Of a stretch of DNA of 64,000 bases, positions 40,349 through 49,628 are shown piece after piece. The first letter of the stretch is position 1; the number at the start of each line of letters is the position of its first letter. The position numbers and the translations under genes were made by a program. The notes below the pieces were generated by a model. It had not been told where the DNA came from. It saw only the letters and a program-made list of their open reading frames with translations, and ran no database searches. This DNA comes from Deltaproteobacteria bacterium (GTDB lineage Bacteria > Myxococcota_A > Polyangia > HGW-17 > SLPX01): positions 56,631-120,630 of the forward strand of contig JAGGXR010000052.1 in the NCBI GenBank assembly GCA_021162935.1, read 5' to 3'.

Positions 40349-42072
40349 TCCCACCCGAAGACAGGCGTACCGACTCCCCAGAGACTCGAGCCGAACCGAC
40401 CCGCCCGCCGATTCTTGGTTTCCGTCGGGTCCTGAGAACCTATCACGTGGGTCTCCTGGTGCTGGCAAGCTACCTGCTGACACGGTTCCTTGCTCGTTTC
40501 GCCAAACCCACCCGGGCGGTGGGAATGTGGCAAAAGGCGCACGAACGAAACGCCCGTCGCATCCACCGGGCTATCTTGGATCTCCAAGGGTTGTTCATCA
40601 AAGTCGGACAACTCATCAGCATCCTGGCCAACGTCCTACCCGAAGGATTTCGTTCGCGACTGGAAAGCCTGCAGGACCGGGTTCCCCCGCATCCCTACGA
40701 AGACGTGGAACGCCGCATCCTGGAAGAATTCGGCCAGAAGCCCGATGCCATCTTCACCGAATTCGACCGCACCCCCCTTGCCGCCGCGTCCATCGGCCAG
40801 GTGCACAAGGCACGCCTCGAAGACGGAACCCTCGTGGCCGTCAAAATTCAGTATCCGGAAATCGACCACGTGGCGCGAGGAGACCTCAAGTTCCTGCGCA
40901 GGCTCGTGGGCTGGATGGAACGGATCTTCCCGGAACATGGCTTTCCTGCCGTGTACAACGAAATTCGGGCTATGGTCCTGGCGGAACTCGACTTCCGCCA
41001 GGAAGCGGACAACCTGACACGCATCGCCAAAAACCTGACCGAAGAACCAAACGTGGCATTCCCGGTGGTCATCGAACGGCTCACCACCAAGACCGTCCTG
41101 ACCACCACGTTCCAGGACGGCTTCAAGGTCTCCGATCACCAGGCGCTCGACGAGGCCGGTATCGACCGGACCAAACTCGCCAAACAGATCATCCATGCCT
41201 ACTGCGAACAAATCTTCGTGCACGGCCTCTACCATGCGGACCCCCATCCGGGAAACCTGATCGTCCGACCCAACGACGATGGCTCCCAAACCGTCGTCTT
41301 TCTAGACTTCGGCGCCGTGGCGACCATCTCCCAAAACATGAAGGAAGGCATCGTCTCCCTCATCATGGGCGCACTCGCCCACGACTCGACGAAAGTCGCG
41401 TCCGCCCTGAAGACCATGGGGTTCATGGCCCGATCAGCCGACCCGGAAACCTATCACCGCATCATCGACTTTTTCCATCGGAAGCTGCATCAGGAAATCC
41501 GGGTGGAAAGTTTCAGTTTCAAGGACATCACGTTCAATCGGGAACGAGGTCTCGAAGACCTCGCGGATCTGAGGAGCATGGATATCACGCTCCAGGACCT
41601 CGCCCGCCAGTTTCACGTTCCCAAGGAATGGATCCTACTCGAACGCACTCTGCTGCTGCTCACGGGCCTATGCACCGAATTGGATCCGAACCTGAACCCA
41701 TCATCGGTGGTTCTGCCTTATGTGAAGCAGAGCGTTCTCGGCGAAAAAGACACCACGACCTTCATGCTCGAAGCGGCCAAGGAGGTCGTTCTGTCCCTGG
41801 CGGCCCTGCCTGGAGAACTGCGTCAGGCCATTGCAATGCTCGAACAGGGCAAGATTTCCATGCGGTTCTCGAACCTGGAACGAAACGTCCAGGACATCCA
41901 GACCCTGGGCAGACAGTTTCTCTTCGGATTTCTCGGCCTGTCCGCCGCAGCCTTCTCCCTCGCCTTCGAGGACCGGGGCATGCACGAACAGTTCGTCTGG
42001 TCCCTGTGGCTCTCGGGTGGGTTCTTCGGCATCATGCTCGTGTCCATCCTCGGCTCCTGGCGCAGACGATAG
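40345..42072 (+). CDS. ABC1/UbiB-family atypical protein kinase
   Basis: …FDRTPLAAASIGQVHKARLEDGTLVAVKIQYPEI…HADPHPGNLIV…FLDFGAV… are the conserved ABC1 kinase blocks. The GTG start overlaps the upstream stop (GTGA at 40345-40348). There are C-terminal TM helices. Confidence 0.8.
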   Translation: MIPPEDRRTDSPETRAEPTRPPILGFRRVLRTYHVGLLVLASYLLTRFLARFAKPTRAVGMWQKAHERNARRIHRAILDLQGLFIKVGQLISILANVLPEGFRSRLESLQDRVPPHPYEDVERRILEEFGQKPDAIFTEFDRTPLAAASIGQVHKARLEDGTLVAVKIQYPEIDHVARGDLKFLRRLVGWMERIFPEHGFPAVYNEIRAMVLAELDFRQEADNLTRIAKNLTEEPNVAFPVVIERLTTKTVLTTTFQDGFKVSDHQALDEAGIDRTKLAKQIIHAYCEQIFVHGLYHADPHPGNLIVRPNDDGSQTVVFLDFGAVATISQNMKEGIVSLIMGALAHDSTKVASALKTMGFMARSADPETYHRIIDFFHRKLHQEIRVESFSFKDITFNRERGLEDLADLRSMDITLQDLARQFHVPKEWILLERTLLLLTGLCTELDPNLNPSSVVLPYVKQSVLGEKDTTTFMLEAAKEVVLSLAALPGELRQAIAMLEQGKISMRFSNLERNVQDIQTLGRQFLFGFLGLSAAAFSLAFEDRGMHEQFVWSLWLSGGFFGIMLVSILGSWRRR

Positions 42073-42103
42073 CCATCGGACGAACACGCATACAGGGCCC
42101 TAT

Positions 42104-43438
42104 TCAACGACACTGAAGATGGGGGTCGAAGCGTCGGTGGCATTTAAGACAGGTCCGCCGATTCCTCTTCACGAGCATGCGGCAACGACGCGAATGGGCG
42201 AATCCAGGCCCGTGGGGGTTCCATCCATAGCCGCCCACGCCTCGACTCGCATGACACCGGATACAGGTGGACTGCCGGTGACAGCTCACACAGGAACCGA
42301 GATTTCGACGGGCATGGATGGCATGCCGGTTGTGCGCCAGACTCCGACTGGCAGCCGAAGCCCAATTCGGTGGATGGAAATGAGCACGACGTCGGAATCG
42401 GTCGGCAGGGTGATCCGAGGTCACGTGCATTCTCCGGTGGCAGTCCAAACAGAAGCGCTGCTTGGTGTGACAGGCCTGGCACCTGCCGGGATGCGCCCGG
42501 GCATCCGACCCGTGGCGCAGCACATAGTTCCCCGGATGGATGCTCAGGACCTTGCGCTGCCCGGCGTGACACTTGAGGCAGGTGCTCTGCTCGTGGCAGG
42601 ACTGACAGGTCCGCTGGCGACTGCGGGCCGCTGCCCCATGGTGGCGCCGGAAGGTCGGTCCATGCTCGAGGAGGCCCAGACTGGCACCGGGCTTGAGGGT
42701 CCCGCGAGAAAAGTGCACACGTAAATGTCGACTATCGCGGCGTTCGTGGCAGGTGGTGCATTCGCTGGCCACCCGCCGCCTACGGTGACAACTCACGCAA
42801 GTCGCCATCTTGGGAACATGCCGCCCGCCCAGGCGGGTTTGGCCGGCCACTCCCCCATGACAGGTCGTACAGGACGCCCCGCTTTGCGTCACGTGCAAGT
42901 GATGTGGGAAGCGAATATGCGATTTCGGGTATAGGGTGGGTCTAGGAAAACCATTGGCATAATAGGACTGATGACACTTGGAACAAGTCTTGTGGCTGCG
43001 ATGCCCGGCCCTGCCGAATCCTTTGGGGATCACGGCCTCGGCATGACAGGTCGTGCAGGACGCCATCGAAACGGTCATCCGACCCGCCTTCTCCTTGTGA
43101 CAGCGCGTGCAGGCGAGGTGCATCGTGCCCACATGCAGGGCATGGTTGAATCGCAGACGGATCGTCGGCCTGGGAAACACGATGGGCGACGGGACGGCCC
43201 TGCCCCGTCTCGATGACGGGCGAGCCGGCCTGCGAGCCCACCGCAAGGCAGATCGCCGATCCCGCCGCACGACCGCTGTCGAAGCACCTCGATTCGGGCT
43301 CTTGCGCCGAGCAGGCGCAGAGGCGGGACCGGACAGGGCCACCATGGACACGAACGACAGCCCAACGACGAATGTCGGCGCCAACCACCACAGCGTCCGA
43401 GACGACCTCGGTGCCATCGAGATGCTCACCACAGCCAT
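42104..43438 (-). CDS. Putative multiheme c-type cytochrome (13 CxxCH motifs), unusually Arg/His-rich
   Basis: Signal-like N-terminus MAVVSISMAPRSSRTLWWLAPTFVVGLSFVSMVALSGPASA. Thirteen heme-binding motifs: CTRCH, CTTCH, CSKCH, CTTCH, CVSCH, CTTCH, CQSCH, CLKCH, CQACH, CLDCH, CVSCH, CIRCH, CLKCH. The gene overlaps the 3' end of the upstream beta-barrel gene. Confidence 0.6.
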   Translation of the reverse strand: MAVVSISMAPRSSRTLWWLAPTFVVGLSFVSMVALSGPASAPARRKSPNRGASTAVVRRDRRSALRWARRPARPSSRRGRAVPSPIVFPRPTIRLRFNHALHVGTMHLACTRCHKEKAGRMTVSMASCTTCHAEAVIPKGFGRAGHRSHKTCSKCHQSYYANGFPRPTLYPKSHIRFPHHLHVTQSGASCTTCHGGVAGQTRLGGRHVPKMATCVSCHRRRRVASECTTCHERRDSRHLRVHFSRGTLKPGASLGLLEHGPTFRRHHGAAARSRQRTCQSCHEQSTCLKCHAGQRKVLSIHPGNYVLRHGSDARAHPGRCQACHTKQRFCLDCHRRMHVTSDHPADRFRRRAHFHPPNWASAASRSLAHNRHAIHARRNLGSCVSCHRQSTCIRCHASRGVGGYGWNPHGPGFAHSRRCRMLVKRNRRTCLKCHRRFDPHLQCR

Positions 43439-45069
43439 CCTTTCCCACAGGTTCCCGTGCTGCACCAGTTCATCTGGAACATGGCGTAGAGACGCACGTC
43501 CGCCTTGTAAAACTCGCCGAAATTGTCCTCCACGATGAATCGGACCGAAAACCTCGGATGGAACCTCCAAAGGGCACCGGTGGCCACGCCGGCGGTGACC
43601 CCGTGCAACTGCTCCGACAGGTCGTCCGCCCAATGGATCACGGTGAGTCTCCCCTGCCAACTCAATCGGGGTCCCAAAATCTGATACTGCCAGGCCATAT
43701 CCACGCCCAGGGTCCTGCCCCCGTAACCCTCTTGCCAGTACCAGTCGACCCGCCCAGACAGGCTGTGGCCCCAATACTGGACACCGAGTCCGCCGCCCGG
43801 ACTCGGCTGCACCTTCTTGCGCTCAGCCGCACTATAGCCCTGATCGTCACCACCCTGAAACAGGCGCAGAGACGCACGCGCGTAGCCGCTCCAGGATTTT
43901 GCGATGCGCAGTTCATACCACAGCCGCGCTTCGGAGAAAGGCTGCACGTTGAACACATTGAAAATGGAATTTCCATCGAAGTCCGGTTCGTGCCGTGCGT
44001 ATTCGGCCGATATGGAATGTCGGCCCAAAATCACCTTCACCCCGGCCAGCGTCCTGGCCAGCCTGTCCGTCATGACACTGTAGGCCAACCCCAGATACGG
44101 AGTCACCCGATCGTTCCACAAACGGGCCGACAGCCAACCGGTGACCCGCTCTTCGGCCGTCGCCGTCTCGTCCAACAAACCATTGGGCTGATTCCCGTCG
44201 GGCCATGTGTAGATGGGGGCCGTGGGTGCCCGGTTTCTGAGCACGGAAAAGGACCGTCGGTAGGCCACGCGTCCATTCAGATACTTCCAATCCGAAAACA
44301 GACCCACGCCGAACATCGGCTGCCACGAAGCTGGCTCCTGCACGGTATCCGTCCCGTCCAACAAATAAATGGGCGCATCGATGGGCAGCGCTCCATCCAC
44401 CCGACGGCCCCCGAACAGGTTGATCCCCACGTGGTACGGACTCTTGATGCGTACGTCGATGCCGTCATACTGATACGCGTCCATGGCGCTCCATCGAAAC
44501 TGACGGCCCAACTTGAGTTCGAGCCAGCCACCCATGAGCCCGGTCACGCCCAAGTATCCGTACAGAAGCTGGAACACCGGGCCGGCATCCAAGTCCTGGG
44601 TGAGCAGGAACGGGTCCTTGCCCGACGAGGAAAAATTTCCAAGATCCGCATCCAGCCGAAAGGCCACCGACAGGTACATCTGCGGGTGCACCTTCCGCCT
44701 GGCCACCGGGTCCTTCGGCTCGGGCAGGATGTCGTACACATAAAGTTGGAAAAAGGTCTCGACCCTGCGCCGATTGAGCAAGCGACCATCCAGATCACGA
44801 AGCTGATACCCCTGCCCAGTCAGGTCCGCAGACACGAACGCCTCGTAGGCCGACGCCGACTCAGACCAACCCATTGCCGCCACGCCTCCGGCAAGGATCA
44901 GAGCCCATCCGGGCGCACTCTGTCGCCCGAGCGCCCTGCCCGACGAAAACACATCCGACCCGCTCCTATCGATGCGTTCGGAAAACCACCGAAAGCGACG
45001 ACGAAGAGACAAAACCGCACGCAGGGCTCGTCGAACCAAGGAGGCGAACCTGTGACCGGCGCATTGCAT
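43426..45069 (-). CDS. Outer-membrane beta-barrel protein (porin-like), co-operonic with the multiheme cytochrome
   Basis: Signal peptide (…WALILAGGVAAMGWSESASA) and ~500 aa of alternating amphipathic strands rich in Tyr/Trp/Gly (…YLSVAFRLDADLG…, …FQLLYGYLGVTGLMGGWLELKLGRQFRW…, …GWLSARLWNDRVTPYLGLAYSVM…, …RFSVRFIVEDNFGEFYKADVRLYAMF…). The track ORF carries a spurious extension to 45906 that overlaps the PLD gene. Confidence 0.6.
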   Translation of the reverse strand: MQCAGHRFASLVRRALRAVLSLRRRFRWFSERIDRSGSDVFSSGRALGRQSAPGWALILAGGVAAMGWSESASAYEAFVSADLTGQGYQLRDLDGRLLNRRRVETFFQLYVYDILPEPKDPVARRKVHPQMYLSVAFRLDADLGNFSSSGKDPFLLTQDLDAGPVFQLLYGYLGVTGLMGGWLELKLGRQFRWSAMDAYQYDGIDVRIKSPYHVGINLFGGRRVDGALPIDAPIYLLDGTDTVQEPASWQPMFGVGLFSDWKYLNGRVAYRRSFSVLRNRAPTAPIYTWPDGNQPNGLLDETATAEERVTGWLSARLWNDRVTPYLGLAYSVMTDRLARTLAGVKVILGRHSISAEYARHEPDFDGNSIFNVFNVQPFSEARLWYELRIAKSWSGYARASLRLFQGGDDQGYSAAERKKVQPSPGGGLGVQYWGHSLSGRVDWYWQEGYGGRTLGVDMAWQYQILGPRLSWQGRLTVIHWADDLSEQLHGVTAGVATGALWRFHPRFSVRFIVEDNFGEFYKADVRLYAMFQMNWCSTGTCGKGWLW

Positions 45070-45234
45070 GACCGAAGTGTGAGTCAAGCGGACAGAAGCT
45101 GTCAAGCTTCGAAGGAACCGATGAAGGCGCGCAATCACGGCCTGGACAAAACACCAGTCTGCGACTACAACCCTCAAGGCCTCGCGCCAATGTGATAGGA
45201 AGCAGCAAGGCGAGCAATCGATTTTGTGAGGACC

Positions 45235-46467
45235 ATGGTCGAACGCGCAAAAACCAATCAACTTCCCGTGCGGATCCTGGAAAATGGAAGACAGGCCTTC
45301 GACCGGATCCTGGAGCATATCAATCAGGCAAAACACAGCATCGACATGCAGTGTTTCGTGTGGCGTGACGACAAAACCGGAAACCTCATGGCGCGCCGCA
45401 TCCTGGATGCGGCGGACCGCGGCGTCCAGGTGACCATCCGGAAGGACCGAGTCGGAGCGGTGTACGAGCACTTCGACCCGAACGGATACAGCTTCTTCCA
45501 CAAGCGTCTCAGACCGGTGGAGCGATTCAACGTCGAATTCCTCCTTTTTGCCTACCGTCGCGGGCGCACGGTCAAAAAGCAGTACCCGAACCCGCTGGCC
45601 CAGCGGATGGTCGACCACCCGAACATCACGCTCCACATCGACCGACAGCTCTTCGACCACTCCAAGTTCTTCATCTTCGACGATACGACCATGATCATCG
45701 GCGGCATGGGCATCGGCGATGATTTCCGCAGCAAATGGATGGACCTCATGGTCGAACTCCCGGGGGCCGAGCACATCCATCGGTTCGAATCGCACCGTAC
45801 GGACCCGAGGCCGCCCAGTGACCACCGCCCCATCGACTTCGTGGTGAATGCCGTTCTCCCCGATGGAACGAAACGATTCGATGTCTTGCGCCGACGACAG
45901 GAACAATTCGCCCGGACACGAAAGTCACTCGTCATCGAAATGGCCTACCTGGGCGACCCAAGGATGACCGATATCCTCGTGGCTCTGCTCCGGCGCGGGG
46001 TCCAGATCACTGTGCTCCTCTCGACCCATGCAAACATCCTCCACGACCAAAACATCTGGGTCCTCGACGAGCTGTATCGACGCAGCGGCGCCCCGGATCG
46101 GCTGGAGGTCTACTTGTATCCGAACATGGTCCACACGAAGCTCCTCATTTGGGATGAAACGGTGGCCCAAATCGGTTCAAGCAACCTGACCCGCCTGTCC
46201 CACCACGGCTATGAGGAGACGGACCTGTGGATCACGGACCAGGCCACGGTGAGCCGACTTTCGGCGCTGATCATAGAACACAAGAAAACCTGTGTCCAGG
46301 TCAGCTACCCGATAGCGTACAGTCCGTTCAATTGCCTGGTGGAACGCATCCTCCAATTTCGGCACAGCAACACACCGATGGATCACCGACCTTCCGAAGC
46401 TCCCCAGGCACTCGACGTGCAAGCGCCCTCGGAAACAAACCAAGAATCGCAAACACCGACTTTCTGA
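45235..46467 (+). CDS. Phospholipase D-family protein (cardiolipin synthase-like; two HKD motifs)
   Basis: HxKxxxxD motifs: …HSKFFIFDD… and …HTKLLIWDE…VAQIGSSNL…. Confidence 0.8.
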   Translation: MVERAKTNQLPVRILENGRQAFDRILEHINQAKHSIDMQCFVWRDDKTGNLMARRILDAADRGVQVTIRKDRVGAVYEHFDPNGYSFFHKRLRPVERFNVEFLLFAYRRGRTVKKQYPNPLAQRMVDHPNITLHIDRQLFDHSKFFIFDDTTMIIGGMGIGDDFRSKWMDLMVELPGAEHIHRFESHRTDPRPPSDHRPIDFVVNAVLPDGTKRFDVLRRRQEQFARTRKSLVIEMAYLGDPRMTDILVALLRRGVQITVLLSTHANILHDQNIWVLDELYRRSGAPDRLEVYLYPNMVHTKLLIWDETVAQIGSSNLTRLSHHGYEETDLWITDQATVSRLSALIIEHKKTCVQVSYPIAYSPFNCLVERILQFRHSNTPMDHRPSEAPQALDVQAPSETNQESQTPTF

Positions 46468-46674
46468 AACGATACGAAGCACACACGGGGTCTGCTACTA
46501 TCCAGCCGGAGAAAGGCGGTAGGAACCTTGCAAACAGCCATCCCATGAGATAGCCTTTCATGACGCGGCAGGAGACCTTCGTGCGACAGGTGGTATTGCG
46601 CACGGTGGCTCCCTGCTCGGGCCAGGCATGTAGCACGTCCGCCCGAGCTGCAGCATCGAACCCCAGGAGAGGTC

Positions 46675-48510
46675 ATGGACCGTGTGCTCATGTCCCGCTA
46701 TCGACTGGTCGAGGAAATCGGCCAGGGAGGCATGGCGGTGGTCTATCGAGCCGAAGACCTGACCCTGAACAGGGAAGTTGCGGTCAAGATCCTCCATTCC
46801 TACCTGTCGGACAAAGAAGAAGCCCGCCGCCGGTTCCAGCGCGAGGCCAAAGTGGTGGCCCGCCTGCGCCACGAAAACATCCTGGAAATCTTCGATTACT
46901 CGGGATTAGACTCGAACGAGAGCTTCATCGTCACTGAGTTCATCCACGGACAGACGCTCAGTAAACTCGTCGACGAAAACCCCATCACGGTACCCGAGGC
47001 TGGAGCCCTCATCGTGGCGGAGGTCTGCAAGGCGGTCGCCCACGCCCATCGACTCGGCGTCATCCATCGCGACATCAAGCCGGAAAACATCATGGTTCGA
47101 GCCGACGGGGTTTTGAAGCTCACTGATTTCGGCATCGCCCAAATCGTGGACACCCAAAAGTTGACCCTCACAGGCCAACTGCTGGGATCGCCCGCTTTCA
47201 TGGCTCCTGAAATGGTGACGGGCGCCCCGCTCGATTTTCGGACGGACGTATTCAGCTTGGGCGTGCTCCTTTATCGGCTAGCCACGGGCGTCCTGCCCTT
47301 TTCCGGAAAGAATCCCCACGAGGTCCTCAAGAAAATTGCCGATGGCGACCACCGACTACCATCGGTCCAATACCCAGCCGTGTCGGTGGACCTGGAACGC
47401 ATCATCGAACGGGCGCTCGCCACGAACCCTGATGATCGGTTCCAATCGGTCGAAGACCTGCGCCAGGCAATCGGCGCCATCCTCAATGATTTGAGCCGTG
47501 GAGATACGGCCGAGGAGGTCAAACAGCTCTGTCGAACATCGGAGGACTATCAGCAGACCATGCGCGCCCAAATCTGCGACCATCTCCTGACTGAGGCGAG
47601 ACGGAACACCAAGGCTGGCCGTCTGTCGACCGCGTTGCGCAATCTGAACCGAGTTCTCTCCCTGCAGGAGGACAACGAAGAGGTCCCCAAGCTTCTCCGA
47701 CAGGTGGAACGACGCCAGGCCTTCAGAGACGCCATGAAGTTGGTGGCCCAGGTGGCGGTCGTGCTCGGGCTGATCGGGCTCGGCGCCCTGGGCGTATGGT
47801 CCATGAGCAAAAGCACCGAGGCACAGTCGAGCGGGTCATCGTCGAATGCCCAAGCCATCGGCCGGGCCACACAAGACAGCATGGATGCAGCTGTGGCTGT
47901 GGACGGAACGAGACGAACCGAGTCTCCCGACGCAGCCCAATCACCGCCCCCCGAGGATGGTCAGGTCCGCGTGGTGCACCGCGGCCGCCCGCGTGCCGGC
48001 CGCCAGGGACACGGCGCGCATCCCAGAAACGGTCGGCATCCGCCCACGGTTCCTCAGCAGCCTCTTGGGCCGAGGCAGTTTACCTTGTTGCCGTATCCCA
48101 CCGCGGTCAAGGTGTCCGTCGATCGAGGGCCGTCTCGGGACTACGGACCCGATCTACGCCGACTGCCCCTGGCACCGGGACCTCATCGCATTCGGCTGTC
48201 GAGTCGGTACTGTTATCCAAAGACGATCACCATCACCAAGGACCAGCCTGGAGGCATCCTGCGCCCGCATCTGACGTGGCGCTGGGCCAGCCTCAAAGTC
48301 GTCACGAATGCCTCGGCCGATGTCCAAGCGGGCCCCAGCGTAGGCAGCAGCGGTCAGGCGATTCGAATTCCCATCCCCAAGGACAGCCTCGACGGGAGCA
48401 GAAAAGTACTGGTCAAGGTCAGCGCTTCCGGCTACCATACGCTCCAACGTGAAGTGACGTTGCAGGCTGGGACGCATCGCGTCCTCAAGGTTCACTTGAA
48501 TCCATTGTGA
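46675..48510 (+). CDS. Serine/threonine protein kinase (Hanks-type) with TM segment and C-terminal extracytoplasmic region
   Basis: Kinase subdomains: …YRLVEEIGQGGMAVVYRA…VAVKIL…, …HRDIKPENIMV…, …LTDFGIA…, …GSPAFMAPE…. A TM helix (…VAQVAVVLGLIGLGALGVW…) is followed by a ~250-aa C-terminal domain. Confidence 0.9.
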   Translation: MDRVLMSRYRLVEEIGQGGMAVVYRAEDLTLNREVAVKILHSYLSDKEEARRRFQREAKVVARLRHENILEIFDYSGLDSNESFIVTEFIHGQTLSKLVDENPITVPEAGALIVAEVCKAVAHAHRLGVIHRDIKPENIMVRADGVLKLTDFGIAQIVDTQKLTLTGQLLGSPAFMAPEMVTGAPLDFRTDVFSLGVLLYRLATGVLPFSGKNPHEVLKKIADGDHRLPSVQYPAVSVDLERIIERALATNPDDRFQSVEDLRQAIGAILNDLSRGDTAEEVKQLCRTSEDYQQTMRAQICDHLLTEARRNTKAGRLSTALRNLNRVLSLQEDNEEVPKLLRQVERRQAFRDAMKLVAQVAVVLGLIGLGALGVWSMSKSTEAQSSGSSSNAQAIGRATQDSMDAAVAVDGTRRTESPDAAQSPPPEDGQVRVVHRGRPRAGRQGHGAHPRNGRHPPTVPQQPLGPRQFTLLPYPTAVKVSVDRGPSRDYGPDLRRLPLAPGPHRIRLSSRYCYPKTITITKDQPGGILRPHLTWRWASLKVVTNASADVQAGPSVGSSGQAIRIPIPKDSLDGSRKVLVKVSASGYHTLQREVTLQAGTHRVLKVHLNPL

Positions 48511-48708
48511 TTCCAGCGTCCTACAGTCTGCACGTCGAACTGCGGGTTCCGCGCAAGAACAGGGTACCGTGCCATCAGGTATGCTGGCGGATATGACCTC
48601 CGGTGGACAAGAGGGTGCGACTGTGCGAGCATCCACGACCATGGGAATCCACGGTAGTGACCGCCGCAGGGAGCCCTCGGTCTTGCGGGAACCGCTCTCG
48701 ATGGGCAG

Positions 48709-49617
48709 GTGACCAAACTTACGATGGGAAGCACCCTGTTGTCATCGAACCGGCGAACCGGCTTCTTGCTCTGCGGGCTCATCCTCCTGCTCGGACGGTC
48801 CGTTGCAGCCCACCCAGACCTGGATCGCGCCAAAAATCAGTACATCGCCCAAAACTATGCCAAAGTGATCCAACTCGTACGTCCGCTCGTAGAGCCGAGG
48901 AGCGTGCTGGCCACCGAGGACGAAGAAGCCAAGGCATACGAACTCCTTGGGCTCTCCTACTGGTGGCTCAAGAAATACAAAGCGTCCGAAGCAGCCTTCT
49001 TGGTGCTCCTCAGCATGAGGCCGAGGCACCGTCTCAACCCTGCAATCCACCCGGCCAAACTCATCCGATTCTTCGCTTGGATGCGAAAGAGAATCAAACG
49101 AAAGCCCCTCAAAATCCACCGCCGACAGCTCAAGGAACTGCGGCTCTGCCGCACCAACCTCGGCAAGGCGCACCGACGGCTTGCACGCACCAGAAAGCGT
49201 TGTGTCCACAAGGTCGTGATCAAACGGCACCTCTGGCCGAATTTTTTGCCCTTCGGCATCGGCCAATTCAACAACGGTGACCGGATCAAGGGATGGATCT
49301 TTTTCTCGACCGAACTGGCGCTCCTGCTGGCCAATGCCGGTTCCTACATCATGGCCGAAACGAGTTGGGTCCGAAACGGGCCGAATGGGACCGTTCGCAA
49401 TGACGCGACATCGATCAAGCGGGCCAGAACCGTCCAAATTCTTGAAATCACGACGGGCAGCCTGTTGGCTTCACTGGCCATCGCCGGAATCATCGAGGCG
49501 CTGGTCATGTACAAAGGGACGACGATCCGAACGGAGCCGGTCGAATGGAATACCGGACGGCTCCACCTTTCGATGGAGCCGCACAACCCACTGAAACTCA
49601 CGTGGGATTTTCGCTAA
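48709..49617 (+). CDS. Hypothetical membrane protein (signal peptide, TPR-like segment, two or more TM helices)
   Basis: MTKLTMGSTLLSSNRRTGFLLCGLILLLGRSVAA signal, then …EAKAYELLGLSYWWLKKYKASEAAFLVLL…, then TM helices …WIFFSTELALLLANAGSYIMA… and …GSLLASLAIAGIIEALVMY…. Confidence 0.45.
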   Translation: MTKLTMGSTLLSSNRRTGFLLCGLILLLGRSVAAHPDLDRAKNQYIAQNYAKVIQLVRPLVEPRSVLATEDEEAKAYELLGLSYWWLKKYKASEAAFLVLLSMRPRHRLNPAIHPAKLIRFFAWMRKRIKRKPLKIHRRQLKELRLCRTNLGKAHRRLARTRKRCVHKVVIKRHLWPNFLPFGIGQFNNGDRIKGWIFFSTELALLLANAGSYIMAETSWVRNGPNGTVRNDATSIKRARTVQILEITTGSLLASLAIAGIIEALVMYKGTTIRTEPVEWNTGRLHLSMEPHNPLKLTWDFR

Positions 49618-49628
49618 GGAGGGTACGG

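Noticed and set aside
40293-42116. 607-aa ORF in alternative frame over the ABC1 kinase gene
   Set aside because: Extreme Arg/Pro/Gly bias and no motifs. The ABC1 frame has clear kinase blocks.
43213-45195. 660-aa plus-strand ORF
   Set aside because: Antisense to the beta-barrel and cytochrome genes. Composition-driven.
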